A DNA stretch of 64,000 nucleotides, taken from Mobula hypostoma (Eukaryota). The notes beneath the pieces are model-generated. The model was not told the origin of the DNA. It saw only the letters and a program-made list of their open reading frames with translations, and searched no databases. The translations under genes and the position numbers were made by a program. Below are positions 24,000 to 35,990 of this stretch, piece by piece. Where the stretch lies: positions 231,262,001 to 231,326,000 of the forward strand of contig NC_086097.1 in assembly GCF_963921235.1 (NCBI RefSeq), read 5' to 3'. Numbering within the stretch: the stretch's first letter is position 1; the number at the start of each line of letters is the position of its first letter.

Positions 24000-24545
24000 A
24001 ATGCAGAGTTGCCTCAGGGAGTTGCAGACAGGTTAAGTAAATGGTCATGGACATGGCCCTTGACATATAACGTGGATTAAAATCTATTTTTAAATAGCAG
24101 CAGTATTTTTTTAAATAATGAAAGTTTGAAAGATGTTGAAGTGGCTGAGTGGTTGTGATTTAAACACTGTTCAAGTGAAAGAAAGTATTTAGGAAGGCTC
24201 TAACCACAAGAGAATTTGGCTACAAGAGGTGCCAAGATTCACCTATGAAGGGCTCTAGACAGACTACATCAGGAATATTGTGTACAAGTCTGCTCTTCCA
24301 ACCTAAGGAAGAATTTTCTTATGATAGAAGGTGTATAGCAAATGTTCACCATATCACTTTTTGAATTAGCAGGATTAATGTACAAAGACAGGGGTCAACT
24401 TTACATATCATATACATTCATATGTGTTAGGAATTTGCTGTGGTGTTTTGGTGTGACATACTACAAAAAAAACAATATTTGACATTTATAAAGGTTAAAA
24501 TTATCTATACTGGTCCTGTGCTCTCTAGACCTTTGAAGAATATGC
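24000..24545 (+). mobile_element. Ancient CR1 ORF2 C-terminal fragment
   Basis: Decayed LYEGL.RL.QEYCVQVCSS.LRK similarity. Confidence 0.55.
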
Positions 24546-26219
24546 CCAGCAGTTCTGCAGGTGCATAGTGGAAGGAGCAAAAAAAATTAACTTGTATGGC
24601 ACTTTCAACAGTTGGACAATGTCTGCAAAACCAATTAAGTATTTCAGAAGGATACCCACTGTATTAACTTCTGAAACACGGCAAACTACTAATTCTCAGG
24701 AATACCGATGAAATGATGACTATCTGATTTAGAGTTTTGTTTTGAGTTAGTTTTACCACTTCATGTGTGAAGAATTATTTCTAACCTGATGGGTGGAGTC
24801 ACGAGATTGCTGGTCCTAGAATTTGGAGCAATAAGTGAAGTGTTGGAAGAACTCCAACTTGATCAGTACATGTGAGGGGAAAGAAAATGTGATGTCTCAA
24901 GTTGAGATCCTACTTCGGTGCAGATAGTTTTTTTTGGATTCTTTTAGTAATTGATTCATATTGGCAATTATGAAATCCATAAGATTAACATATCTTAACT
25001 CACTAATCAACCTATCCATTCATATGTCACCATGGTGAAACATATGATTTCCACTTTCCATTTTCTCAGATCAAGCAGTTTAGATTGGGAAATAAAAGGT
25101 GAAAATTATGTGGTAAAACACAAATCTATCAACTCAAGTGTAATGCTGCTGAACAGCCATTGTGGATACAATTACTTAGTGAACTTTAATTTTTTAAGTA
25201 TTTTTTAAATTTAGAAACTGTTAAGTAACAACTAAAGCATAAATATAACTAGCAATTTACTTAAAATGTGAAAATAATTTTGTTTAATCTCTGGAATAAA
25301 GTGTACTACAAAACAGCCTCAATCATTAAAGTTGACATTAATAGGATTTTACAGTGAACAGGTTAATGAGGTGTGAATTAAGAAGCTAGAGTGGATTATG
25401 AAAATAATGTATCTTATGGCTTTTCTCAATCTTTGATACCTTAGCTGTCAAAAACTTTCAATGCCTAATTACCTAGAAAAGCATGCTAAAAAACCCAATG
25501 AAAAGATAACAGAAGAACTGCATGTGCCAAGACTTGGGTATTAATGAGCTCTTACTTACATGTAATAGGTAATTTCGCTGGGCTGTAACTAACCACAAAA
25601 ATGTTTTCAAATTCATGGAACAAGGTTAAGTTTTCATCTAAATTAAGATTTTAAATACTAAAGTATGTAATTACTCAAAACAAAATGTAAAATTAAAACT
25701 GAAAATAGCTGTAAAAATTCAGGGAATGTTTTAGAAACTTTGCCAAGTAATTTTGAAGCAATCATCTAACTTGCCAACTAATAAATAACATAAGTTGGAG
25801 GAAGTAATGCTCCCAACTTTATTCTTATAATGAAAGTGACTTGGGAAAGCTTTGTGGTTAACTGATAAATATCTTCGGTTTGTACATCATCAAATAAAAA
25901 TGGATCTGTGGAACCTGAAATGATAGCATAAAATGCTGTAAAAACAGAGTACATCTGCCAATATTTTGAAACGGTGAACTAGGTCAATGGATAGACATCA
26001 TCTGTACCACTTGTACAGCAATTTATAAATGGACTATTGGAAAGAGAACACAGGCAAATGTAATGAACTTCTGGATAACTATTAATTACAGAGCTTTATA
26101 AGTTGCCTCAAAATATCAACAAGCGTTCTTGTAAAAATATTGAAAGTGCTTTATAAAATGCTAACTGAATCGACACCATCATGAAACGCTGCACAAGATA
26201 CAAATAAATTGGGTCCATC

Positions 26220-26530
26220 ATTAAGGTCCCCCCATCACCCAGCTCATGCCTTGCTCCCAATGCTGCCATCAGGGAGGAGGCATAAAAGCCTGAAGACACA
26301 CACTTAACGATTCAGGAACAGCTTCTTCCCCTCTGCTATCCGATTTCTGAATGGACATGAACACAACCTCACTAGTTCATTATTTCTATTTTTGCGCTAC
26401 TTATTTCATTTAACTACATATATACTTACTGTAATTCAGTTTTTTTCTCTATTATTATTGCATTGTACCGCTGCTGCAAAGTCATCAAAACTCACAGCAT
26501 ATGCAGGTGATATTAAACCTGATTCTGATC
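26220..26530 (+). mobile_element. Rex1/Babar 3' end
   Basis: LLPSGRRHKSLK...FRNSFFP followed by ATTAAACCTGATTCTGA. Confidence 0.8.
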
Positions 26531-27689
26531 TTTACAAAACACCAAGTACAGTTTTTAAAAAATAGTTTGCAATAATCCTCTCAGAGCAGCTACTTGCTTG
26601 AATGCTTAGACCTGCTGTATTGATGATTTATCTCGGTAATCCAAAGAGCTGTCAGAAGTTAACAGTGAAGGGTAAAGGAAAATGTGGTTTACTATCCATA
26701 CCCCTCACCAACATTCAAACAAGGTAGCTAATCGAAAATAATGGAATTTCAGTAGAAGCCCTAATTCTCCAACTTCACATTGGTTCGTTATCCTCCCAAA
26801 AGCTCCATTCATGGATGCTGCAAGATAAAAGATGCCACACGTAGGCCAGGAAGTTTCTGAATTTGACCTCAGTCTGTGTTGCGATCGCAGAACCTCAGCC
26901 AGGCTTGCAGAAGGAAAGCTTATTGTTCTGTGGATGCCAAGTCACAGGGTATATTTAAAGTGGAGGTTGATAGGCTCCTGATTAGTAAGGATGTCAAAGG
27001 TTACAGGGAGAATGGGGTTCAGAGAGAGAATAAATCAGCCCTGGTGCAATGACAGAGCAGAATTGAAGGGCTGAATGGCCTTATTCTGCTCCTATGTCTT
27101 ACTGCCTTAAATTTATTATCAAAGTATGTGTACTTTATGTCACCATATATTACCCTGAGATTCATTTTCTTGTGGGCATTCACAGTAGAACAAAGAAATA
27201 TAATAGAATCAATGAAAAACTGAACACACAGACTGACAACCAATGTGCAAGAGAAAACAAGCTGTGCAAATAAAGTATAAATGATATAAATAAATAAACA
27301 AACAAACAGAATAGAGTCCTTGAAGTGAGTCCAAAGGTTGTAATATCAGTTCACTGTTGTGGTGAGTGAAGTTATCCACAGTGGTTCTGGAGTCAGATAG
27401 CTGAAATCCTCTTCAGCAACTTTAATAGATCTTTATTCAGGTGTATCGAACAAGGACAACATTGTGATCAAAGAGGATGCATCTCCATCATAGAGGAATG
27501 CACTGATCTGGATTCACTAAGCTCACAATATCAAGCCCATCCCCTTAGTAAGGTAGCAAGCAACAACCACATCTGTTAAACAATTATTCAGCAAAGAATA
27601 AATTTTAAAATTTATAAGAATTATAAATTTATCGCTGCTACAGCTTCAAGGAAGTCATATATCAAGTTTCATGGCAAGTACATCTGACT

Positions 27690-29322
27690 CTAGGCAGGGT
27701 CAACCCATGGAAGGCTGCTGGACCAGACAGTATTCCTGGAAGGGTGCTCAGAGGATGTGCAGATGTTCTCACTGACATCTTCAACATCTCCCTGAGCAGC
27801 GCCGTCATTCCAACGTGCTTCAAGACTGCCACCATCATCCCCGTGCAGAAGAAGTGTCCTGCCTCAACGACTACCGTCCCATCGCACTCACATCCATCAT
27901 CATGAAGTGTTTCGAGAGGCTCGTCGTGAGGCGCATTAAGACCCTGCTGCCCCCCTCACTGGACCCCCTGCAGTTCGCGTACCATCCCAACTGTTCAACA
28001 GACGGCGCCATCGCCAGCACCCTCCACCTGGACAAAAAAGACACATATGTTCGAATGCTGTTCATAGACTTCAGTTCCGCATTCAACACAATCATTCCTC
28101 AGCACCTGACTGGAAAGCTGAAACTGCTGGACCAGAACACCTCCCTCTGCAACTGGATCCTAGACTTCCTTACTGGGAGACCTCAGTCAGTCCGGATGGG
28201 GAGCAGCATCTCCAACACCATCACACTGAGCACGGGGGCCCCCCAGGGCTGTGTGCTCAGTCCACTGCTGTTCACTCTGCTGACCCACGACTGTGCTGCA
28301 ACACACAGCTCAAACCACATCATCAAGTTCGCCAATGACACGACCTGGTGGGTCTCATCAGCAAGAACGATGAGTCAGCATGCAGAGAGGAGGTGCAGCA
28401 GCTAATGGACAGGTGCAGAGTCAACAACCTGTCTCTGAATGTGAACAATACAAAAGAGATGGTTGTTGACTTCAGGAGAGCACGGAGCGACCACTCTCTG
28501 CTGAACATTGACGGCTCCTCCGTAGAGATCATTAAGAGCACCACATTTCTTGGTGTTCACCTGGTGGAGAATCTCACCTGGTCCCTCAACACCAGCTCCA
28601 TAGCCAAGAAAGCACAGCAGCATCTCTACTTTCTGTGAAGGCTGAGAAGTGTCCATCTCCCACCCCCCATCCTCACTACATTCTACAGAGGATGTATCGA
28701 GAGCATCCTGAGCAACTGCATCACTGCCTGGTTCAGGAATTGCACCATCTCGCATCGCAAGACCCTGCAGCGGATAGTGAGGTCAGCTGAGAAGATCATC
28801 GGGGTCTCTCTTCCCACCATTACAGACATTTACACCACACGCTGTACCCATAAAGCCAACAGCATTGTGAAGGACCCCACACACCCCTCATACAAACTCT
28901 TCTCCCTCCTGCCATCTGGCAAAAGGTACCGAAGCATTCGGGCTCTCACAACAAGACTGTGCAACAGTTTCTTCCCCCAAGTCATCGGACTCCCCAGTAC
29001 CCAGAAATTAGACTAATATCCACATAATTTATTATTATATTGTAATTTGTCCTCTACTGTGCCTATTGTCTTGTTTATTATTTATTGTACTGCCCTGCAC
29101 TGTTTTGTGCACTTTATGTAGTCCTGGGTAGGTCTATAGTCTCGTGTAGTTTTTGTGTTGTTTTATGTAGTCTAGTGTAGCCTTGTGTGGTCTCACTTAG
29201 TCTTGTGTAGTTTTGTGTTGTTTCATGTGGCACCATGGTCCTGGAGGAAAGTTGTTTCGTTTTTACTGTGTACTGTACCAGCAGTTTATGGTCAAAATGA
29301 CAATAAAAAGCAACTTGACTTG
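27690..29322 (+). mobile_element. Rex1/Babar LINE, 5'-truncated (RT to 3' end)
   Basis: [45 protein letters not shown] and KFANDT motifs; AATAAAA plus a (GACTT)n tail. Confidence 0.93.
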
Positions 29323-30465
29323 ATAAAGTATGCAGTTACAGAAAAAGCTGGAGGAACTAGAGGAAATTGACCTGAAACATAAACTGTCCATCTATCTCCA
29401 TAGATGCTGCCTAATCCATTGAGTTCCTCCAACTTGTTTGTGTGTTGCTCCAGATTCCAGCATCTGCAATCTCCCCTGTGTCCAAAATATGCAATTAGAT
29501 TGCAAGGTAAGATGATTTAAGATCTTTTCAATCATGTGGGCCACTAGTCTACATGACCAAGGACAGACTTCTTTTTCAGCTGGAATTATATTTACTGTCT
29601 TTTCATCCTTGGAACAATTCTAGTTGACAGGAAGATCTGAAATAGATGTGAGAGTCTCCAAGAACAATCATTGAGAACCCATGTCCCTCCTAGACAGACT
29701 GAGAGAGAGAGAGAGAGAAAAATAAGATAACATCCAAAATGTGGATTATAGTCTACAATTGATCCACACAACACTTTAGCTTTCTGATGCTGGTTATTTT
29801 AAAATCATTGCTCAATGATTGTAGACAATATTAGTCGTGCAGTTTACTTAATTTAAATGGAATTATGTTGCATAGAAACAGGCCCTTCAGCCCAAATTAT
29901 CCATGTCAACAAAGGTGTGTTCCTGAGTTAGTCCACTTGCCTGTATTTGGTGCATATCCCTCAAACCTTTTGCTATCTGTGAAACTGTATTTTAAAAAAT
30001 TGTTCACGCCTTGACCACTTCCTCTGGCAGCTCAATCCATATAGCCATCACCCTCTTTGTGAAAAGCTGCCCCTCAGAACCCCTTTAAGTACTTTTTCTC
30101 TCATCTTAAAACTATGCCGTCTAGTTTTAGTCTTCCCTACCTTGAGAAGCAGACACAGATATTCCACCTTATTTCCACCTTCAGGAAAACAATCCCTCCC
30201 CATCCACTTTTTCCATATAACTTAAATCCTTTAGTTATAGCAACATCAGTGGATCTGGGGTTGAGAGGGTAAACAGCTTTAAGTTCCTCGGCATCCACAT
30301 CACATAGTCTATACACATTAGCTGTGGGGTGAAAAAGGCACACAGCGCCTCTTTCACCTCAGACAGTTGAGGAAGCTTGGTATGGGCCCCCAAATCATAA
30401 GAACTTTCCATAGGGGTGCAATTGGAAGCATCCTGACTGGGTGGTATTGGAACTGTACCTCCTTA

Positions 30466-32498
30466 GAACATAGAATAGTACAGCACATTACAGACCCTTT
30501 GGCCCACAATGTTGTGCCGACCCTCAAACCCTGCCTCCCATATAACCCCCCACCTTAAGTTCCTCCATATACCTGTCTAGTAATCTCTTAAACTTCACTT
30601 GTGTATCTGCCTCTACCACTGACTCAGGCAGTGCATTCCACGCACCAACCACTCTCTGAGTAAAAAACCTTCCTCTAATATCCCCCTTGAACTTCCCACC
30701 CCTTACCTTAAAGCCATGTCCTCTTGTATTGAGCAGTGGTGCCCTGGGGAAGAGGCGCTGGTTATCCACTCTATCTATTCCTCTTATTATCTTGTACACC
30801 TCTATCATGTCTCCTGTCATCCTCCTTCTCTCCAAAGAGTAAAGCCCTAGCTCCCTTAATCTTTGTTCATAATCCATACTCTCTAAACCAGGCAGCATCC
30901 TGGTAAATCTCCTCTGTACCCTTTGCAATGCTTCCACGTCCTTCCTATAGTGAGGTGACCAGAACTGGACACAGTACTCCAAGTGTGGCCTAACCAGAGC
31001 TTTATAGAGCTGCATCATTACATTTCAACTCTTAAACTCTGTCCCTCGACTTACGAAAGCTAACACCCCATAAGCTTTCTTAACTACCCTATCTACCTGT
31101 GACGCAACTTTCAGGGATCTGTGGACATGTACCCCCAGATCCCTCTGCTCCTCCACACTACCAAGTATCCTGCCATTTACTTTGTACTCTGCCTTGGAAT
31201 TTGTCCTTCCAAAGTGTACCACCTCACACTTCTCCGGGTTGAACTCCATCTTCCACTTCTCAGCCCACTTCTGCATCCTATTAATGTCTCTCTGCAATCT
31301 TCGACAATCCTCTACACTATCTACAACACCACCAACCTTTGTGTCGTCTTCAAACTTGCCAACCCACCCTTCTACCCCCACATCCAGGTCGTTAATAAAA
31401 ATCATGAAAAAGTAGAGGTCCCAGAACAGATCCTTATGGGACACCACTAGTCACAATCCTCCAATCTGAATGTACTCCCTCCACCACCACCCTCTGCCTT
31501 CTGCAGGCAAGCCAATTCTGAATCCACCTGGCCAAACTTCCCTGGATCCCATGCCTTCTAACTTTCTGAATAAGTCTACCGTGTGGAACCTTGTCAAATG
31601 CCTTACTAAAATCCATGTAGATCACATCCACTGTACTACCCTCATCTATATGCCTGGTCACCTCCTCAAAGAACTCTATCAGGCTTGTTAGACACGATCT
31701 GCCCTTCACAAAGCCATGCTGACTGTCCCTGATCAGACTATGATTCTCTAAATGCCCATAGATCCTATCTCTAACAATCTTCTCCAACAGCTTTCCCACC
31801 ACCGATGTAAGGCTCACCAGTCTATAATTACCCGGACTATCCCTACTACCTTTTTTGAACAAGGGGACAACATTCGCCTCCCTCCAATCCTCTGGTACCA
31901 TTCCCGTGGACAACGAGGACATAAAGATCCTAGCCAGAGGCTCAGCAATCTCTTCTCTCGCCTCGTGGAGCAGCCTGGGGAATATTCCGTCAGGCCCTGG
32001 GGACTTATCTGTCCTAATGTATTTTAACAACTCCAACACCTCCTCTCTCTTGATATCAACGTGCTCCAGAACATCAACCTCACTCATATTGTCCTCACCA
32101 TCATCAAGTTCCCTCTCATTGGTGAATACCAAAGAGAAGTATTCATTGAGGACCTCGCTCACTTCCACAGCCTCCAGGCATATCTTCCCACCTTTATCTC
32201 TAATGGGTCCTACCTTCACTCCTGTCATCCTTTTGTTCTTCACATAATTGAAGAATGCCTTGGGGTTTTCCTTTACCCTACTCGCCAAGGCCTTCTCATG
32301 CCCCCTTCTTGCTCTTCTCAGCCCCTTCTTAAGCTCCTTTCTTGCTTCCCTATATTCCTCAATAGACCCATCTGATCCTTGCTTCCTAAACCTCATGTAT
32401 GCTGCCTTCTTCCACCTGACTAGATTTTCCACCTCACTTGTCACCCATGGTTCCTTCACCGTACCATTCTTTATCTTCCTCACCGGGACAAATTTATC
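30466..32498 (-). mobile_element. Young 5'-truncated CR1 (RT and 3' end), two frameshifts
   Basis: ORFs 31434-32549, 31025-31447 and 30524-31018 carry KSPGPDG, MDFSKAFDKVPH, KFEDD and RPHLEYCVQFW. Confidence 0.95.
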
Positions 32499-32692
32499 GT
32501 AGGATTCAACAGAGAGTGGTGCGGACATCTGTATCTGTGAACTTCCCATGATTCAGGACATTTACAAAGACGGGTGTAAAAAAGGGCCCGGAGGATTATT
32601 GGGAACCCGAGTCACCCCAATTACAAACTATTCCAGCTGCTACCATCCAGGAAATAGTATCGCAATATAAAAGCCAGGACCAACAAGCTCTG

Positions 32693-34510
32693 GCAACACA
32701 CACAAAAAATGCTGGTGATGGCAGCAGGCCAGGCAGCATCTATAGGAAGATGTACAGTCGATGTTTCGGGCCGCGACCCTTTGTCAAGACTAACTGAAAG
32801 AAGAGATAGTTAGATATTTGAAAGTGGGGTGGGGTGGGGAGATCCGAAATGATGGGAGAAGACAGGAGGGGGAGGGATGGAGCCAAGAGCTGGAAAGTTG
32901 ATTAGCAAAAGGGATACAAGGCTGGAGAAGGGAGAGGATCATGGGATGGGAGGCCTAGGGAGAAAGAAATGGGGGGGGAGCCCAGAGGATGGGCAAGGAG
33001 TTATAGTGAGAGGGACAGAGGGAGAAAGAAAAGGAAAAGAGAAAGAAAGAAAATAAATAAATAGATAGATAGATAAATAAATAAATAAGGGATGGGGTAC
33101 GAGGGGGAGGTGGGACATTAACAGAAGTTAGAGAAGTCAACGTTCATGCCATCAGGTTGGAGGCTACCCAGACAGAATATAAGGCGCTTATGAACTCTCA
33201 CAGCTATCTGGACTATTCCTCTTCCCACCCTGTCTCTTGCAAAAATGCCATTCCCTTCTCACAGTTCCTCCGTCTCCGCCACATCTGCTCTCAGGATGAG
33301 GCTTTTCATTCCAGGACGAAGGAGATGTCTTCCTTGTTTAGAGAAAGGGGCTTCCCTTCCTCCACCATCAACTCTGCCCTCAAACGTATCTCTCCCATTT
33401 CACGTACATCTGCTCTCGCTCCATCCTCCCGCCACCCCACTAGGAATAGGGTTCCCCTGGTCCTCACCTACCACCCCACCAGCCTCCGGGTCCAACATAT
33501 AATTCTCCGTAACTTCCGCCACCTCCAACGGGATCCCACCACTAAGCACATCTTTCCCTCCCTCCCCCGTTCTCCCTACGTGACTCCCTTGTCCATTCGT
33601 CCCCCACCCCCCATCCCTCCCCACTGATCTCCCTCCTGGCACTTATCCTTGTAAGCGGAACAAGTGCTACACATGCCCTTACACTTCCTCCCTTACCACC
33701 ATTCAGGGCCCCAGACAGTCCTTCCAGGTGAGGCGACACTTTGGCTGGGGTGATATACTGCGTCCGGTGCAGCTTTCTATGTATTGGTGAGGCCCGATGC
33801 AGACTGGGAGACCGTTTTGCTGAACACCTACGCTCTGTCCGCCAGAGAAACCAGGATCTCCCAATGGCCACACATTTTAATTCCACGTCCCATTCCCATT
33901 CTGATATGTCTATCCACAGATTCCTCTACTGTCAAGATGAAGCCACACTCAGGTTGGAGGAACAACATCTTATATTCCGTCTGGGTAACCTCCAACCTGA
34001 TGGGATGAACATTGACTTAACTTTAACTTCCGTTAATGCCCCATCTCCCCTTTCTACACCATCCCTTATTTATTTACTTTTTCTCTTTTCCCTTTTTTCC
34101 TCTTTTCCCTTTTTTCCTCTTTTCCCTTTTTTTCCCTCTTTTTTCCTCCCTCTGTTCCTCTCACTATAACTCCTTGCCATCCTCTGAGCTCCCCTCCCCC
34201 TTTCTTTCTCCCTAAGCCTCCCGTTCCATGATTTTCTCTCTTCTCCAGCCTTGTATCCCTTTTGCCAATCACCTGTCCAGCTCTTGGCTCCATTCCTCCC
34301 CCTCCTGTCTTCTCCTATCATTTCAGATCTCCCCCTCCCTCTCCCACTTTCAAATCTCTTACTATCTCTTCTTTCATTTAGTCCTGACAAAGGGTCTCGG
34401 CCCGAAACGTCGACTGTACCTCTTCCTAGAGATGCTGCCTAGCCTGCTGCTTTCACCAGCATTTTTTATGTGTGTGTTGTTTGAAATTCCAGCAGCTGCA
34501 GATTTCCTCG
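32693..34510 (+). mobile_element. Penelope-like element with an inverted 5' pLTR (32693-33185 on -, 33186-34510 on +)
   Basis: SHSYLDYSSSHP...FSQFLRLRHICS and GIY-YIG on +, preceded by a reverse-complement copy of its own 3' end. Confidence 0.93.
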
Positions 34511-35024
34511 GGACAGCTTCTTCCTCCAGGCCATCAGACTGATTAACTCACGCTGATTTGAGTGTATTTCTATGTTACATTGACTGTTCTATTTATTATA
34601 AATTACTATGATTGCACATTGCACATTTAGATGGAGACATAATGTAAAGATTTTTATTCCTCATGTATGTGAAGGATGCTAGAACTAAAGTCAATTCAAT
34701 TCCATTCAATCCTTGTGATTTCTTTTTGGCACCCTCTCCAGCTTACTCACATCTTTCCTCCAGTATGGTGACCAGAACTGCGCACAATAGTCTCACCAAT
34801 GTATGATACTGCTCTTATCTGATATTCCAATTCTTGTGGTCAGTGCCGTCTTTGATGAACTCAAACATGTCCTCTGCCTTGAAGAAAAGTTTGTCAAGGA
34901 AAATAATGGAAAAAATCCAATCTGGCGAATTATTATTTCATCAGTCCACCCATCGGCATCAAGAAATTTCTGGAAAGGTCTTCTCTTCTGCTTTGCACTT
35001 CGGTGGCACCAACCAGGGTAGGTC

Positions 35025-35755
35025 TCACACAGTGAATAATAGGGCATAGAGGAGTGTGGTGGAACAAAGAGATATGGGAATACAGGTACATAATTCCTTG
35101 AAAGTGGTGTCATCGGTAGATAGGGTTGTAAAGAGAGATTTTGGCACATTGGCCTTCATAAATCAAAGTATTGTGTACAGGAGATGGGATGCTATGTTGA
35201 AGTTGTATAAGACTACAGTATTGGGCCTAACTTGGAATATTGTGTGCAGTTTAAGTCACCTACCTACAGGAAAGATGTAAACAAGGTTGAAAGAGTGCAG
35301 AGAAAACTTACAAGGATGCTGCCGGGTCTGGAGGACCTGATTTATAAGGAAAGATTGAATAGGACTGTATTTTTTAGAACATAGAAGACTGAGGGGAGAT
35401 TTGATAGAGGTATACAAAATTATGAGGGATGTAGATAGGGTAAATGCAAGCAGGCTTTTGGGTGGGACTACAACCAGAGGTCATGGGTTAAGGGTGAAAA
35501 GTAAGAAGTTTAAAGAGAACATGAGGGGTAACTTCTTCACTCAGAGTATGTAAGAGTGTGGAATGAGCTGCCAGCACAAGTGGTGCATGTGGGCTCAATT
35601 TCAAAGTTTAAGAGAAATTTGAATAGGTACATGGATAGCAGAGATATGGGGGGGGGGGGCTATGATCCCTGTGCAGGTCAGTGGGAGTAGGCAGTTTAAA
35701 TGGTTTCAGCATGGACTAGATGGGCCAAAGGGCCTGTTTTTGTACTGTACTATGA
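35025..35755 (+). mobile_element. CR1 3' fragment
   Basis: EQRDMGIQVHNSLKV...RRLRGDLIEVYKI followed by the CR1 3' UTR. Confidence 0.9.
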
Positions 35756-35990
35756 CTCCATGGTGTCCAGCTGGACTTACCAACAACTTACTTTTCACAC
35801 TTCGGTGCAGGTTTCACCAGGACCACTAGGCTGCCAAGTAAGGAAAAGAGTTTACTTCCAGGAGTGAGCTAGGTCTTTCTGTCCTTAACATCAATAGACA
35901 GTAGACAATAGATAATAGGTGCAGGAGTAGGCAATTTGGCCCTTCGAGCCAGCACTGCCATTCACTGTGATCATGGCTGATCATCCACAA

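Larger units (their letters stand above)
30246..34708 (+). mobile_element. Rex1/Babar 3' fragment in three pieces (30246-30465, about 32500-32692, about 34510-34708)
   Basis: VERVNSFKFLG, then LRKLGM...ILTG, then LFQLLPS, then DSFF; ends in a (CAATT)n tail. Confidence 0.75.
29870..34800 (-). mobile_element. Old CR1 3' fragment (29870-30245 and about 34710-34800) hosting a nested stack
   Basis: The CR1 sequence breaks at ...GCAACAT and resumes at CCTTGTG...GGTGACCAGAACTG. Confidence 0.65.

Noticed and set aside
27441..27552. Possible plus-strand exon (CIEQGQHCDQRG...)
   Set aside because: Splice sites are plausible, but the segment is short, sits among repeat debris and has no recognisable homology.
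34800..35020. ORFs in a short unique stretch
   Set aside because: No consistent splice signals and no recognisable domain.
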